Notes under the pieces: model-generated
Databases searched by the model: none
Told to the model about the DNA's origin: nothing
The model's input: only the letters and a program-made list of their open reading frames with translations
Assembly (NCBI RefSeq): GCF_006345805.1
Contig: NC_043000.1
Location: 15,810,001-15,874,000 of the forward strand
Direction: 5' to 3'
Origin: Octopus sinensis
Lineage: Eukaryota
Length of the DNA stretch: 64,000 nucleotides
Part shown: one piece after another, positions 36,481 to 49,713 of the stretch
Position numbering within the stretch: position 1 is the stretch's first letter
Layout of the letters: each line of letters begins with the position of its first letter
Translations under genes and position numbers: made by a program

Positions 36481-37798
36481 GGAATCTTGGGGTTAGTAGC
36501 CCACACTCTTAACCACTACGCTGGGGTACAAACATGAAAGGTTTGGATGAATAAATCAACCCCAGTACTTATTATTTATTTATTTATTTTGTTAAATTTG
36601 GTACTTATTTTATCAGTCTCTTTTGCTGAACCACAAGGTTACGCAAGTGCAAAAAAAACACAATACTGGTTGTCAAACGATAGTGATGGTACAAACACAG
36701 ACACATACACACACATATGCAAGCATGTATACACACACACACACACACAAATGTATGTATGCACACACAAACACAGACGCATACACAACAAGCTTTGACA
36801 CAGTTTCTGTCTACCAAATTCACACACAAGGCATTGGCTGATGTGGGCTTATGGTAGAATTCATTTGCCCAAGGTGCTGTGCAGTGGGATTGAACCTGAA
36901 ACCACCTAGAAACTGTAAAGCAAGTTTCTTAACTGCACAACCATGCCTGCATCTATACATCATCATCATCATCAAACGTCTGCTTTCCATGCTAGCATGG
37001 GTTGGACAATTTGACTGAGATCTGGCGAACCAGACTCCAATCTGATCTGGCAGAGTTTCTACAGCTGGATGCCCTTCCTAACGCCAACCACTCTGAGGGT
37101 GTAGTGGGTGCTTTTATGTGCCATCGGCACGAGGGCCAGTTTGGTGGTACTGGCAGCGGCCATGCTCAAATGGTGCTTTTTATGTGCCACCTGCACAGGA
37201 GCCAGTCCAGCAGCACTGGCAATGACCTCGCTTGATACAAATCTACAAATCTCTTTCTTCTTTAAAATGAACCTGAATGAACAAAAAACATGAAAACTAA
37301 CATTATTTAGAAAAGATAGATATTTTATTTAATATTTTGTAATCAGAAGTTTCCATCAACGGGTGACTGGAGCTACAGACTTCAATGGAAAGAAGAAAAG
37401 AAATGGCAGCAGAAATATTCATCGACACTTTTCATGAAGTGAAACAGACATGATTTTTCTGGAAGCTTCTCTAGTAATTCTGTTGTGTCTGGGGAGAGTC
37501 ATTTTCTTTTCGTGCCTTATAATGTAATGAAATATCAAAATATCTCTTGTAATGAAATATCAAAAATAAGATGAATTATAAATTTTAACATAGGCACAAT
37601 TATAAATTCCAACACAGCAATATTCATTCATACATTTCATGAAGTAAAACAAACTTGATTTTCTGGAAGCATCTCTTGCAATTATGATATGTTGAAATAT
37701 GAAGAATAAGATGAATTATAAATTCTAACATAGGCACAAGGGCACACACTAACCATTACTTAACTCTTATTATTTTACTTGTACAAACTTTTAGAGGT

Positions 37799-38230
37799 AT
37801 TTGAACTTGTAAAGGCTTTTCACTGCAGTTTGACACTGAGTGAAAATTCTCACTTAAGACAAAAAGATGTTAAACCATTGTCAACTTTGAGCACTCTTTA
37901 TTGAACTGATGAATGCACTTCAAACTCATGAGCTCTCTTCAGTACCAGATACCAAGAGAGGCAACTCTAAACTGACTAGGAAAAAATGTTTCCTTTATTG
38001 TCAATATTATTGACAATAATTGTCAATATTATTACAAATCAGTCAATATTATTGACTGGTAGGGCACAATAGCCACCTCTCTTGGTATCTGGTGCTGAAG
38101 AGAACTAACAAGTTCAGAATGCATCCATCATTCCAATAGAAGCCGACAATGGTGTTTTAACACCTTTTTGTCATAGGCAAGAATTTTCTCTCTACAACAA
38201 ATTGTAGTGTAAAGCTATACAAGTTCAAAT
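37799..38230. repeat. Imperfect foldback (about 165-bp arms) with palindromic core, downstream of the kinase stop codon
   Basis: 37799-37966 is the diverged reverse complement of 38071-38230; the core contains ttattgtcaata-t-tattgacaataa and agtcaata-t-tattgact. Confidence 0.85.
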
Positions 38231-38464
38231 ATTTCTCAAACATATTTGAACTGGTCTTAAGCTTGTATTCTTTCTGTCATTGTTTTATGCATCTACTCAA
38301 GAAATATTTTACAGGTATATATTTTACTGAGTCCAGAAAGATGAATGATAAAGTCCAAATAATCAGTAGGGATTGATTTCAGAATGTAAAGAAATACTGC
38401 AAAATATAAAGTTCAAATGCTCTGTAAATTCTATCATTTATAGAAATAAAATAGATTGATGCAT

Positions 38465-38618
38465 TCATAATTTGATTCCAGTTGTTTTCCTTGAATTTAT
38501 TGTCATTGGTACGGGTTGCATGGACTGGAGAGAGAGTGTGGCCAACTCTAAACCTGATTGAACACATGTGTCGAGATCATAACCTTCCACAATTCCGGCA
38601 ATCATTGAAGCAGCAAAG
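38465..38618 (-). CDS. Terminal coding exon D of the same kinase, including the stop codon
   Basis: Acceptor cttttcctcattcacag|C completes the Cys codon (TG+C). Translates FAASMIAGIVEGYDLDTCVQSGLELATLSLQSMQPVPMTINSRKTTGIKL*, the typical PfkB C-terminal helices after GAGD. TGA at 38467-38465. Confidence 0.88.
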
Positions 38619-38662
38619 CTGTGAATGAGGAAAAGAGAAATGGAAAATCAAAATCAATAAAT

Positions 38663-38930
38663 TACGGAGATGTACTTGCATAGCAAGTGACCTGATCTGA
38701 GATCGTGTGCTGGAACGAAAACAATTGCAGCATGAAAGGTGTTTATAAGCCATTTAAGAAACACACAAAGACCGTTAGATTCACTTCAACGTTTAAATTT
38801 AATTTGTCAAAATATTTTTGACAAATTAAAAGCGGCGAAAATATTTTGACAAATTAAATTTAAATGTTGAAGTGACTCTAACGGTTTTTGTGTGTTTCTT
38901 AAATGGTTTATAAACACCTTCCACGCTGCA
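38663..38930. repeat. Repeat with about 93-bp inverted arms (foldback) in the last intron next to the terminal exon
   Basis: tgcagcatgaaaggtgtttataagccatttaagaaacacacaaagaccgttagattcacttcaacgtttaaatttaatttgtcaaaatattt recurs as its near-perfect reverse complement at about 38838-38930. Confidence 0.85.
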
Positions 38931-39585
38931 AAATCAATAAAATTTTAGATTTTATTTCTTATAAATGACAGACAAATAAAGATCAAATAACAAATGAATT
39001 TACTTTCCTCCAAAGGTTTCTTGAGAAAAGGTCCCTAACCTTGGAATGTTGAAATACCAGGTAAGACTATCAACCTGTTTTATTTTTATATATTGCATTG
39101 CTTTGGATTTAAATAAAATATAATTAAAAACATTTACTTATAGTCTTGTGCTGATGTATAGAGTATATCACATGATTACGTGATCAACCAGACTATCAGA
39201 TGTTGTTATACATTGCTGATCACAATGCACTTTACATTGTTTAGCTTTCGAATGATGTCACCCCGCTGGTTAAGTGAGCAAGCCAACATTCCTTCTGATT
39301 GGAAGGCCACTCCATCGCAGGGTTACTCATTTACAATGTGAAGTGAAGTGTTTTGCTTAAGAACACAATGCACAGCCTGTCTGGAAATCAAAAGCAGTGT
39401 CTCACAATCATGAATGCAACACGTTTAACCACTAAGCCATGCACCTTAAAGTATATATCAAAGGGGGAAAGACATGACAGCCTGATGAGAATAGAATTTG
39501 TGTCTTCTTTGTTGATGAGTCTATTTGCTGTCCTACCATAAGTAACAAGGCACTCTACCATAAGCTGAAGGAGCTTCTGTGTGGT

Positions 39586-39995
39586 TACTCTTTTACTCTC
39601 TTTTACTTGTTTCAGTCATTTGAGTGTGGCTATGCTGGAGCACCCCCTTTAGTCGAGCAAATCAACCCCAGGACTTATTCTTTGGAAGCCTAATACTTAT
39701 TCTATCGGTTTCTTATGCCGAACTGCTAAGTTACAGGGACGTAAAATCTCCAGTATCGATTGTCAAGCGATGTTGGGCAGACAAACACAGACACACAAAC
39801 ACACACATATATATATATATATACATATATACGACAGGCTTCTTTTCAGTTTCTGTCTATCAAATCCAATCACAAGGCTTTGGTCAACCCGAGGCTATAG
39901 TAGAAGACACTTGCCCAAGGTACCACACAGTGGGACTGAACCCAGAACCATGTGGTTGGTAAGCAAGCTACTTACCACACAGCCACTCTAACGCC
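39586..39995 (-). mobile_element. SINE family A
   Basis: Reverse-complement full-length copy. Confidence 0.88.
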
Positions 39996-40398
39996 TAAAT
40001 TACTTAACTTGATAGAAATAACATGCATCATCCTTATATCACAACCTTCAAAAAATAAGGGATACACTAGATAATGTGATACTGCATATACTATGTCTGA
40101 ATAAAAGACAGGATGGTCATAGCTGGAACATGTTTAATCACATGTCAACAGGATAAGAGATGACCCGGTGCTGAACAGCAATACAGGTGACTTTGTTTAA
40201 GCCTTTAGCATTTAAACCAGCCATATCCAGCCCAAATATATTACCTGTTTTATGTTCACACCAGCCAGATCCAACCTATCACACCTACCCTGCAATGTCA
40301 TTCTAAAACTATACAGCCACATCATCGAAATTTCAAAGCTACAAGATAATGCATAATTGATGTGAATGAATAACAATGAAAAACAATGTGAATGAATA

Positions 40399-41345
40399 CC
40401 ATAAATGCTCGAGTATAATCCGCACTTTTTTCCCAAAATTTAAAAGTCAAAATCCCGAGTGTGTACTATATACGAGGTTAAAAAGGAAAAATATTTTCTA
40501 AGCAATGTCCAAGTCTCTATTTGCAGTCCGGCAATGTTTATTCAGACGCATTTTGTGATATCAGGCACGAGAATACCTTAAGCTAAGCCTGAAAGCAATG
40601 AAGTCATAAAAGAATCATCCATAACTTGCAGTAAGCAACATTTATTAAAATAAAAGTATTCAGAACACAGAATAACATGTAACAAAAACAATTTGCAAAC
40701 ATATTTACATTCCCATATAACAGTTAAGAACATCACCATTATTGTATTACGCATGTGCACAAGTGTTTGTTTGACTAGGTTCTGCTGGTTTAATTATGCA
40801 CGAATTGTGCTTAATAGTTTAGTGCTAAATAGTTCATCCTGCTGTTTGTATTGGCAGTTTGCATCATTAATTAAATACCACTATTAAATGTTTGAACTAC
40901 TGTGGGTCTTTACTAGGGTATTTTATAAGTGGGACTTAAACCTGTACATTAATCTCCAATAAAACATTTTATACATTACATGCCCATAAAATGCCTCGTA
41001 GATCTTATTCAGCTATGTTTAAACTTGAAGTTATATCATATGCTGAAGAGCATGGTAATAGGGCTGCCGGAAGAAAATTTGATGTTGACGAAAGCAATGT
41101 CAGGTTATGGAGAAGAAATAAAGGTGAAATTAAACAGATACCAAAGATAAAGAAGGCAAGAAGGCAATAATAAAGGACGTTACCGTAAACATTTTTACAA
41201 ACCAAGGATGTTATATAGACCTCCTTGACTCAAGTTAGAGAAGGGGTATGTATTATACACAAGGTTTAATTTTTTCAGAGGTACAACCCCCTAAAAATCC
41301 CCTGCATATTATACTTAAGGGTGGACTATACTCGAGGATTTATGG
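40399..41345 (+). mobile_element. Non-autonomous pogo/Tigger-type DNA transposon
   Basis: TIRs ccataaatgctcgagtata / tatactcgaggatttatgg with TA duplication at 40397-40398 and 41346-41347; carries a Brinker-type HTH mini-ORF. Confidence 0.88.
40991..41170 (+). CDS. 59-aa transposon-derived ORF: Brinker-like HTH DNA-binding domain of a pogo transposase (truncated)
   Basis: ATG to TAA open: MPRRSYSAMFKLEVISYAEEHGNRAAGRKFDVDESNVRLWRRNKGEIKQIPKIKKARRQ*. It falls below the ORF-track cutoff; expression unknown. Confidence 0.55.
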   Translation: MPRRSYSAMFKLEVISYAEEHGNRAAGRKFDVDESNVRLWRRNKGEIKQIPKIKKARRQ

Positions 41346-42237
41346 TAATCTGAATGCTAAAAGGTTAACAATCGTGCAAACAGAAACAGTCTGAAAATCT
41401 TTAGTGAATGTTGTATATATTTTTATATTTACATTTTTATTTTGATTATCCTTCTAATGTTGTTATAACTGAGATTGAGATTTGATCAGAAAATATTTCC
41501 CTTGTTATTCTGAGACTTGGAATAACAACCTTCAGCTAAGAAATTTTAATGAACCCAAATTTAATCTTTCTTTTATCATTTTATTTTTATCTTTTATTTG
41601 TTTCAGTCACTGTACTTTGGTCATGCTGGGGCACACACTTGAAAGATCTAGTTGAACAAATTGACTCTAGTACTTATTTAAAAGTACTCGTTTCATTGGT
41701 CTCTTTTGCCGAACTGCTAGGTTACAGGTATGTAAACAAACCAAAACCAGTTGTCAAGCAGTGATGGGGGGGGGGCAAACACAGCATAAATACACAAATA
41801 TATGATTTAATAACAGTCTAACTCAGCTCCAAGCAACTTAAAGTTTTGTAGGTCATAGAATTAACCATTCTATAAGCCTATGAAAATTTAACTAGTATAG
41901 AACTGAGCCAGACTGTTATTAAATTATATATGTAACTCCTATTAAATGTGCTGAGATCTACTTTCTTTCATTTGTCCACTCATATCATCGTCATCATCAT
42001 CATCGTTTAACGTCCGTTCTCCATGCTAGCATAGGTTGGACGGTTCAACTGGGGTCTGGGAAGCCAGGAGGCTGCACCAGGCTCCAGTCTGATCTGGCAG
42101 TGTTTCTACAGCTGGATGCCCTTCCTAACACCAACCACTCCATGAGTGTAGTGGGTGCTTTTTACGAGCCAGGAGAGGCTGGTAGTGGCCACGATTGGTT
42201 GGTGCTTTTTACATGCCACCATAAATGTATATATGTG

Positions 42238-43112
42238 CGAAGGTGCTTGGCTTAGTGGTTAAGGTATTTGGCCCATGATTGTAAGGTCATGAGTTTGATT
42301 CCCAGCAGCATGTTGTGTCCTTGAGCAAGACACTTTACTTCACATTGCTCCAGTCCACTCAGCTGGCAAAAAGGAGTAGAGCCTGTATTTCAAAGGGCCA
42401 GCTTTGTCCCATTCTGTGTTACGATGAATCTCCCTGAGAACTATTGGGTTGTCCGGAAAGTTTGTGCCGATTTATAGTAGCTTACATTTCGACTTATTTT
42501 AGAACATGGTTGAGTCCATAAAATAGGATTTGACTACACCTCCATTTAGAGTACAGTTTAAGATATCTTTTCGTGGAAGAAGGTTTATGTTCCTATAACC
42601 TGTGTTAATTCTGTAACCCTTTAAAATAGAAGATAAGAAAGTTCATTTTCGGCACTTGATGCTTAGGGAACCAGACAAAAATTGCTGCAGCTTGGCTGGG
42701 ATGTGTTACCCCACCCTTCATATTCACCAGATATTGCTCCTTTGGATTTCCACTTATTCAGGTCTCTATGGTAAAAATTTCAATTCCTTGGATGGCATAA
42801 GATACCTTGATGAATTCTTTGCCATGAAACCGCCTCAATTGTGGGAAGAGGGTATTTTCAAGTCAAAGGAAAGATGGAGATGCATTGTGCAACAAAATGG
42901 TTTATATTTGGTTGATTAAAAATGTAATGGCAAGTATTTATTGACCTTTTTCTTTCCTTTGAAAATCAGCATGAACTTAGCGGACAATCCAATACATCAA
43001 GAGCATGCATGTTTGTGGAGTGCTCAGCCGCTTGAATGTTAATTACACGAGCAGGATGTTTCATTGATCGGATCAACAACTGGAACCATCATTGTCATAA
43101 CCATCTGAGTGC
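42238..43112 (+). mobile_element. SINE with variant head and family C tail, interrupted by mariner
   Basis: Same as 8174-8500, split at a TA by 42444-42992. Confidence 0.8.
42444..42992 (+). mobile_element. Non-autonomous mariner, same deletion derivative, inserted into a family C SINE
   Basis: Same TIRs, TA duplication and internal sequence as 12750-13315. Confidence 0.9.
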
Positions 43113-43589
43113 CTCTGTGTGTGTGTGTGTGTGCGTGTGCGCACATGCAGTAATCTTCTTCAGTTTCTGTCTACCGAATTCACTCATAAGGGTCTGATTG
43201 GACTGGAGTTACAACAGAAGACACTTGTCCAAGATGCTGCACAGTATAATTGAACCCAAGACCACATGGTTACAAAGCAAGCTTCTTAACCACACAGCCA
43301 CGCCTTTGCCTATGCTGAGAAATAATCCAGTCTGTTGCTAATTTGTAACATAAGGAGAATGACAGAGACAAAAGATTATTTAGGTCAAGAAACAAAAAAA
43401 CAGAAACTGGAACAACAATTTGGCAAAGAGGGTGGAGTATGGTGGAAGACACAGAGACAAAGACATCACCATCAATTCATTCGACTACATCCCTTCCCCT
43501 GTAAATTGTGCCTATGTAAGACATCATTACTAAACAACAAAACAGATGACTAACCTCCATCTTGAAAATATTTATTATCTATCTATCCA

Positions 43590-43975
43590 CTCAGTCAAAG
43601 TCGACTCTCGGTTACTTGATGGATCAGTGTTCTCCAGCCAGTTCTATCCTGGGTCACTTCTTTCAGATTGGCTATGGCCATTCCCATGTCACTCTTGATG
43701 GTGTCAAGCCAGCGGGTTCTTGGTCGGCTTCTTCCTCTTGCCACTGACCATTCCGAGCATGATGTCTTTCTCCAGGGATTTTCTCCGCATAATATGACCA
43801 AAATATGCCAATCTATGCTTGGTGATCCTAGCTTCTAGCGACAGTTTCGGCTTGATCTGGTTAAGAACTTCTCCATTGGTGAGCCTTGCTGTCCATGGAA
43901 TCCGTAAAAGTCCTCTCCAACACCAAAGCTCGAATGCATTAATTCTGTTCTGGTCAGCTTTCTTTAGTGTTATTT
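43590..43975 (-). mobile_element. RTE-clade (BovB-like) LINE 3' end
   Basis: TLKKADQNRINAFELWCWRGLLRIPWTAR...LAYFGHIMRRKSLEKDIMLG...TRWLDTIKSD...QDRTGWRTLIHQVTESRL. Confidence 0.88.
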
Positions 43976-46142
43976 ATTAGCAATAACATTTATAGGTACA
44001 GGCATGGCTGTGTGCTTTAGAACATTTCTTCTTAACCACATAGCTTTTGGGTTCAATCCTATGGCATGAAACCTCAGGCAAGTGTCTTCAACTACAGTAG
44101 TGGGCTGACAAAAGCCTTGTGAGTGGCTGAGTGGATTTGGTGAGCACAGATTCTAGTTATGTGACACTGGCATCAGCCACATTGCCTCCTTGGGTCTCAA
44201 TGCTTGGTGGCATGTAAAAAGCACCTTTTGAGTGTTGGGCCTCACAGAAGTAATGTGGCCAGTGTTACACAATGTGAAATGAAGTGTTTTGCTCAAGAAC
44301 ACAATGCATCGTATTGAATGTAGATAACTGTAATGTAGATAACTGAATGTAGATAACTGTAACATTGCACTGGTGCAGGCACAACTGGGTGGTTAAGAAG
44401 CACACTTTTCAACCATGTGGTTCAGGGTTCAGTCCCACTGCACTGCACCATGGGCAAGTATCTACTCCTGTAGCCCTAGGCCAGCAAATGCCTGGCGAAT
44501 GAATTTGTTAAATGGAAACTCTGTGGAAACTTATCATTGTATGTGTGTATGTTTCTGTGTTTGCATTGTCACCCCTACCATCACCACTTGGCAACAGGTG
44601 TTGGTTTGTTTACATTCCTGTAGCTCTGTAGTACCAGAGTTAAAGAATATATATTGTAGTTGTGATCCCTGTGCCGGTGGCATGTAAAAAGCACCATCCA
44701 AATGTGGCTGATGCCAGCACCGCTTTTCACTGGCTTCCGTACCGGGGGCACGTAAAAAGCATCAACTGATCATGGCCATTGCCAGCTTTGCCTGGCACCT
44801 GTGCCGGTTGCACGTAAAAAGCACCCATTACACTCATGGAGTGGTTTGTGTTAGGAAGGGCCAGACTGGAGCCTGGTGCAGCCTCCTGGCTTCCCAGACC
44901 CTGGTCGAACCGTCCAACTCATGCTAGCATGGAAAATGGACGTTAAACGATGATGATGATATAGATATAAGCACTGTAGTTGATTTATTTGACTAAATCC
45001 TTCAAGGCAGTGCTCCAGCATGGCCACAGTCCACTGAAACGCATAGAAGATAAAGATTACTACTGTTGACATTATTTATTATTCTATCAAGTTTCACACT
45101 TGATTCACAGAAATCAATATTTCATTGAAAATACTTCTTGACGACAGTTCTGTTAGCAACTCCAATAATAAACTATTGCAGCTTCGTTAATTTGCAAGGC
45201 TTCCTTCAAGGAGTCAGATAACTAGGGATAAATTACTAATTCCACAATTTTAAATCAAGACTTGCACTAATTAGAAATTTCAGATAATGCACAGGCATGG
45301 CTGCGTGGTTAAGAAGCTTTCTTTCCAACCAAACGGTCTCAGTTTCAGTCCCACTGCATAGCACTTTGAGCAAGTGTCTTCTGCTATAGTTCTAGGCTGA
45401 CCTGACCAAAGCCTTGTGACAGGATTTGTTACATAAAAAAAGCTTGTTGTGTGTATGTTACATCACCAATATTATTTAAAAGGTAGTGAGCTGGCAGAAT
45501 TGTTATCACACCAGGCGAAATGCTCAATGGCATTTCATCCGTCTTTACATTCTGAGCTCAAATTCTGCCAAGGTAGACTTTGCCTTTTGTCCTTTCAAGG
45601 TTGATAAAATAAGTACCAGTTGAACACTGGGGCTGATGTAATCAACTTAGCTCCTTTCCTATTACAGTGACACTGAGGTAAAATATACGAAGCCCAGTAT
45701 ATACCCATCATGACAACCCGTCTGATAAGGGTACACCAGGCACATGCATCACAACCATATGTGCACAACATGGTGATCTCATGTCAAGATAAACAGCGCA
45801 TGACCTTGCAGGTGGGGCCCAGTTAGAATTTTCTTCTGGTCGAGTAGCCCATCCCACTCAAAAGGTCCCTGTATAAGGGTTGTTTAAGGATGTTGAATGA
45901 AACACCCATGTTTCCAGAGGTGAATTATTCAAACCCCAAAGAATCCCTCTCAACACATGGCTATGATGCTCCCCCACTACTTCTGCTCGTGATCAGAGAT
46001 GCACATATCATCAGCCACCAAGGGACATGCTCAACTGGTTAAGGTCAAACAACTGACAAGCAAATCTGTGTTTTTGAGCAGAATATTTGCTGTAGCCCAT
46101 CTTTTATTATTATTACTATTATTACTATTATTATTATTATAG

Positions 46143-46179
<37 letters not shown>

Positions 46180-46621
46180 CATTATTTTTAAGGTGGAGAA
46201 ATGGCAGAATCATTAGAGTATTGAATAAATTGCTTAAAAGGTTTAGTTTTGACTATATTTTGAGTTTAAATCCTGCCAAGATCAATGATTTTACTGTAAA
46301 ATATTTTGAATGAAATTTTGTGCTTAATTTCATGTTTTCTGACCCAATTTGAAGTGGAATAAGATTAGAAAAAAATTGTTTTGGATTTATTGAAATTTCT
46401 CACTGGAATACCATTTAAAATTGCTCTTTTTTTTTTTCTAAACAAATACCTTTGATGGTGTCAGTGGAAGAGATTCCCACAATAGTTTCACCAGCTTTGC
46501 ATAGAGTGAGGAATGTAAACAAAAGCCCTTTTCTCCACACATAAAAGAGAAATTTTATTTGAACCAAAAAAAATAAAGAATTGCTTTGGTAAAAAAGACT
46601 GAGAAACACTGAATGCAATAA

Positions 46622-46658
<37 letters not shown>

Positions 46659-48494
46659 GTCCTCATCATCATCATTTAACATCCATTTTCCATGTTGGCA
46701 TGGGTTGGATAGTTTGACAGGAGCTGGCCAACCAGAAAGCTGCACCAGGCTCCAATTGTCTGTTTTGGTATGGTTTCTATGGCTGGATGCCCTTCCTAAT
46801 GCCAAGTACTTAACAGCGTGTACTGGCTGCTTTTTTTATGTGACACCGGCACAGGTGATTCTCACCTGGCACTGGTACAGGTGTTTTTTACATGGTACTG
46901 GTATGGATGCCTTGTATGTGGTATCAGCAAGAGTGCTTCTTACATGGCACCAGCACAGGTGACTTTTAGGTGATGCCAGCATGAGTACTAATTCATCATT
47001 ATCGTCATCATCATCATCATTTAACATCCGCTTTCCATGCTAGCATGGGTTGGACGATTTGACTGAGGTCTGGTGAACCAGATGGCTGCACCAGGCTCCA
47101 ATCTGATCTGGCAGAGTTTCTACAACTGGGTGCCCCTCCTAACGCCAACCACTCCAAGAGTGTAGTGGGTGCTTTTACATGCCACCGGCATGAGGGCCAG
47201 TCAGCCAGTACAGGCAACGGCCACACTTAAATGGTGTTTTTTACGTGCCACCTGCACTGGATCCAGTCCAGCGGCACTGGTAATGACCTAGCTCGAATTA
47301 TGTCAATAAAAGCACTGGCATTGACTAAAAGCATTGACTAGAGTTGCCGTAAATAACTACAACAACCGCAGCAATGGCACAGACATGAAGAAAACAACAA
47401 CAACGACAAACCTTTGCCAGTATGGTTGAAATTTGGGAGGAACTGGACTTTAAAATGACCTTGGAAAAAGAGGGGCAATGGGGAAGGTGTGTCCCAAAAG
47501 ACTGTCTCTTTGCTTAAGGAGTTTGTCAAAGAGACAACAAAGGGAGCAGTGATGTAACTCTATTTCAACATGCCCTCATAAGAGAATTTTAAATTGTCAG
47601 ATATATAGCAAGAGGTTGGTCACATGGGATGGAGCCAGAATTTCAGTCAGAATTGTAAGCTTGGTGCTGAGAACAGAGGAAGAGATTCAGGGGTAGCCAG
47701 CACTTGTGTGATATATACAAAATCATAAGTTGGGATGGGAGAGGAGGAGAGAAAGTCACAGTCAAAGACAGGGGTGTGGACATTACATCCATGTCCCTAA
47801 TTTTAACTGATCACAAGATGTTATGGAGAAGTTTTTCGAACATGAGTGACTCATAAAAAGTATTGAGCAGGGCTGAGATAGAACCCTAAATGCTAATGAT
47901 TATCTGAGTAGCATAGTGTTATCCTGTGGAGGTGCATGGCTTAGTGGTTAGGGTGTCAGCATCATGATCGTAATATTGTAGTTTTGATTCCTGGACCGAG
48001 CGACGCGTTGTGTTCTTGAGCAAAACACTTCATTCCACGCTGCTCCAGTTCACTCAGCTGGCAAAAAAGAGTAGTGCTGCGATGGACTGGCGTCCTGTCC
48101 ACCTGGGGAACACATACACCATAGAAACTGGGAAACCGGGCCCATGAGCTGGGCTAGGCTTTAAATGGGTGCATTTATTATTTTATAGTGTTATCCCAGA
48201 ACTAAATGCCGTATTTAATGGGACAACCTTTAAATTAATCAAACTAGTGGGCCAAGTAATAAAGTCCAAGATCTACATGTAACAAAAATCAATGCTGGGC
48301 TTTCTGTTCTCAAAATAAAAATGGGAAAATCGAAAAAATAATGTACAATTGGCAGTCACAGAAAGAGGAGTAGCAAGTCCTTTATGTGCAAACCATAGGG
48401 ACACAGAGCAAAACGTATGTTGCTAAAGAAACATTTGACCCCATTTCAATAATAGGCCGGAAAAATGAAGCTACTTTCTCGTCAGCAACAACAG

Positions 48495-48667
48495 CCATCC
48501 AAGAATTTGGACCTGGAGATCTCTATTTCCAGCGACTTCGAGGGCCACCTCCCAGTGGTGTTGGGCGTCAACGAAGAGCCCTCGACTACAACAAGACGGC
48601 CAAAGTTTTTTTTTCCAAGGTCTGGGGTCTCCCACCCCTAAGCCCTAGACCATCACCTAATCACCCT
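48495..48667 (+). repeat. Unclassified dispersed repeat; second copy inverted at about 61563-61745
   Basis: caagaatttggacctggagatctc...ctagaccatcaccta occurs as its reverse complement at 61.6-61.7 kb. Confidence 0.8.
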
Positions 48668-49334
48668 TAGCCGTCTTGTTGCTTAACAACAACAACAACA
48701 ATCAGCAACAGCAGTAGCATCCATACCACCAGTAGATACAGAAATAGTGTACCCAGTAAGAGTGGGAAAGTCTCATCACTCCAATAGAGAGTTGGTCTTT
48801 TGGCCCAGGTCACTGTTCCAATCTTGTAAGAATGAGAAGGAAAGGAAACCTGAAGATCAATTGAAACCATGTAGGATTCAAAAACAGAAAAATGGTGTTC
48901 AAAAGGGACCAGCCAAGGTTAAGAACCAAAGGTAAAAACTCTACAGAAAAGTTGCTACATGCTCACAGTTCCTTAACTTCACATTAGTCTGTAAAGGCAT
49001 GTAGTTGTCAAAGCAACCAAAAGAAATTTTTTTTTAAATATTGTGCTGGTGGGGAGGAAGGAGATAACAGGATTCTTCTACAAACTTCAGAAGGATTGAC
49101 TATTGGTGAAAACAACAGAAAACACTGAAATTCTCTGTATCTCTATCCTACATTAGAAATAGATATGGAAATTGCCTGGTACTGGATTGTATTACTTCAA
49201 TAACCTCCTGCTAAGCATAAGTGATCTGAATGGAGCAGATGTCAACACTTAAACATCCTACTTCTTAAAAGCCCAGTTGAAGCTACATCACAGCAAGAAA
49301 CACATAAGATGGTAGTCGTAGAGAACTCCCTTAA

Positions 49335-49543
49335 CCCTTTAGTGTTCAGATTATTCTATCAAACATAATGCTTATTGATTTGAATTAATCATGCATTATC
49401 TCATATCTTCAAGATCTTGATGGTGTAATTACTTAATGTAGAATAACATTGTAGGGTAGGTGTGAGAGCCTGGATCTGGTCAGTTTGAACATAAAACAGA
49501 TTAAATATTTTGGCCGGATATGGCCAGTTTAAATACTAAAGGG
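49335..49543. mobile_element. piggyBac-type MITE
   Basis: TTAA-CCCTTT...AAAGGG-TTAA; reverse orientation of 23328-23546. Confidence 0.85.
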
Positions 49544-49713
49544 TTAATGAAATGCTACAGTATACAATAGTATTGGTGTATCCCAGTATCCTAGATTGAC
49601 TATAACTCAGTGGCTGGAAATATTAAAGCTTAAAAATGAGTCACTAAAAGTAAATGAAAACATATAATGGTTTCAAATTTTGGCACAAAGCCAGCAACTT
49701 TGAGGAAGTAGGT

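Larger units (their letters stand above)
40201..41364. mobile_element. piggyBac-type MITE interrupted by the pogo element
   Basis: TTAA at 40197-40200 and 41365-41368; body matches 23328-23546 on both sides of the pogo insertion. Confidence 0.8.

Noticed and set aside
38690-38730. Hammerhead-like string CTGATCTGAGATCG...CGAAAACAATTGCA
   Set aside because: It has a palindromic CAATTG, but the CUGANGA/GAAA spacing and stem I cannot be assembled.
44664-44830. CRISPR-like pattern of a conserved 25-bp repeat with 30-bp intervening sequences (family D)
   Set aside because: The intervening sequences resemble each other and recur in the same order in many dispersed copies; the context is eukaryotic and there are no cas genes. 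These are diverged tandem units.
45665-46105. Complex repeat-like segment considered as an HDV-like ribozyme or LINE 5' UTR
   Set aside because: I could not assemble the P1/P2/P3 pseudoknot by eye, and there is only one copy in the window; left unclassified.
46450-46542. Possible minus-strand exon ATG...AAG|gtattt encoding MCGEKGFCLHSSLYAKLVKLLWESLPLTPSK
   Set aside because: No recognisable homology, no convincing acceptor, phase incompatible with exons C and D, and no partner exons found.
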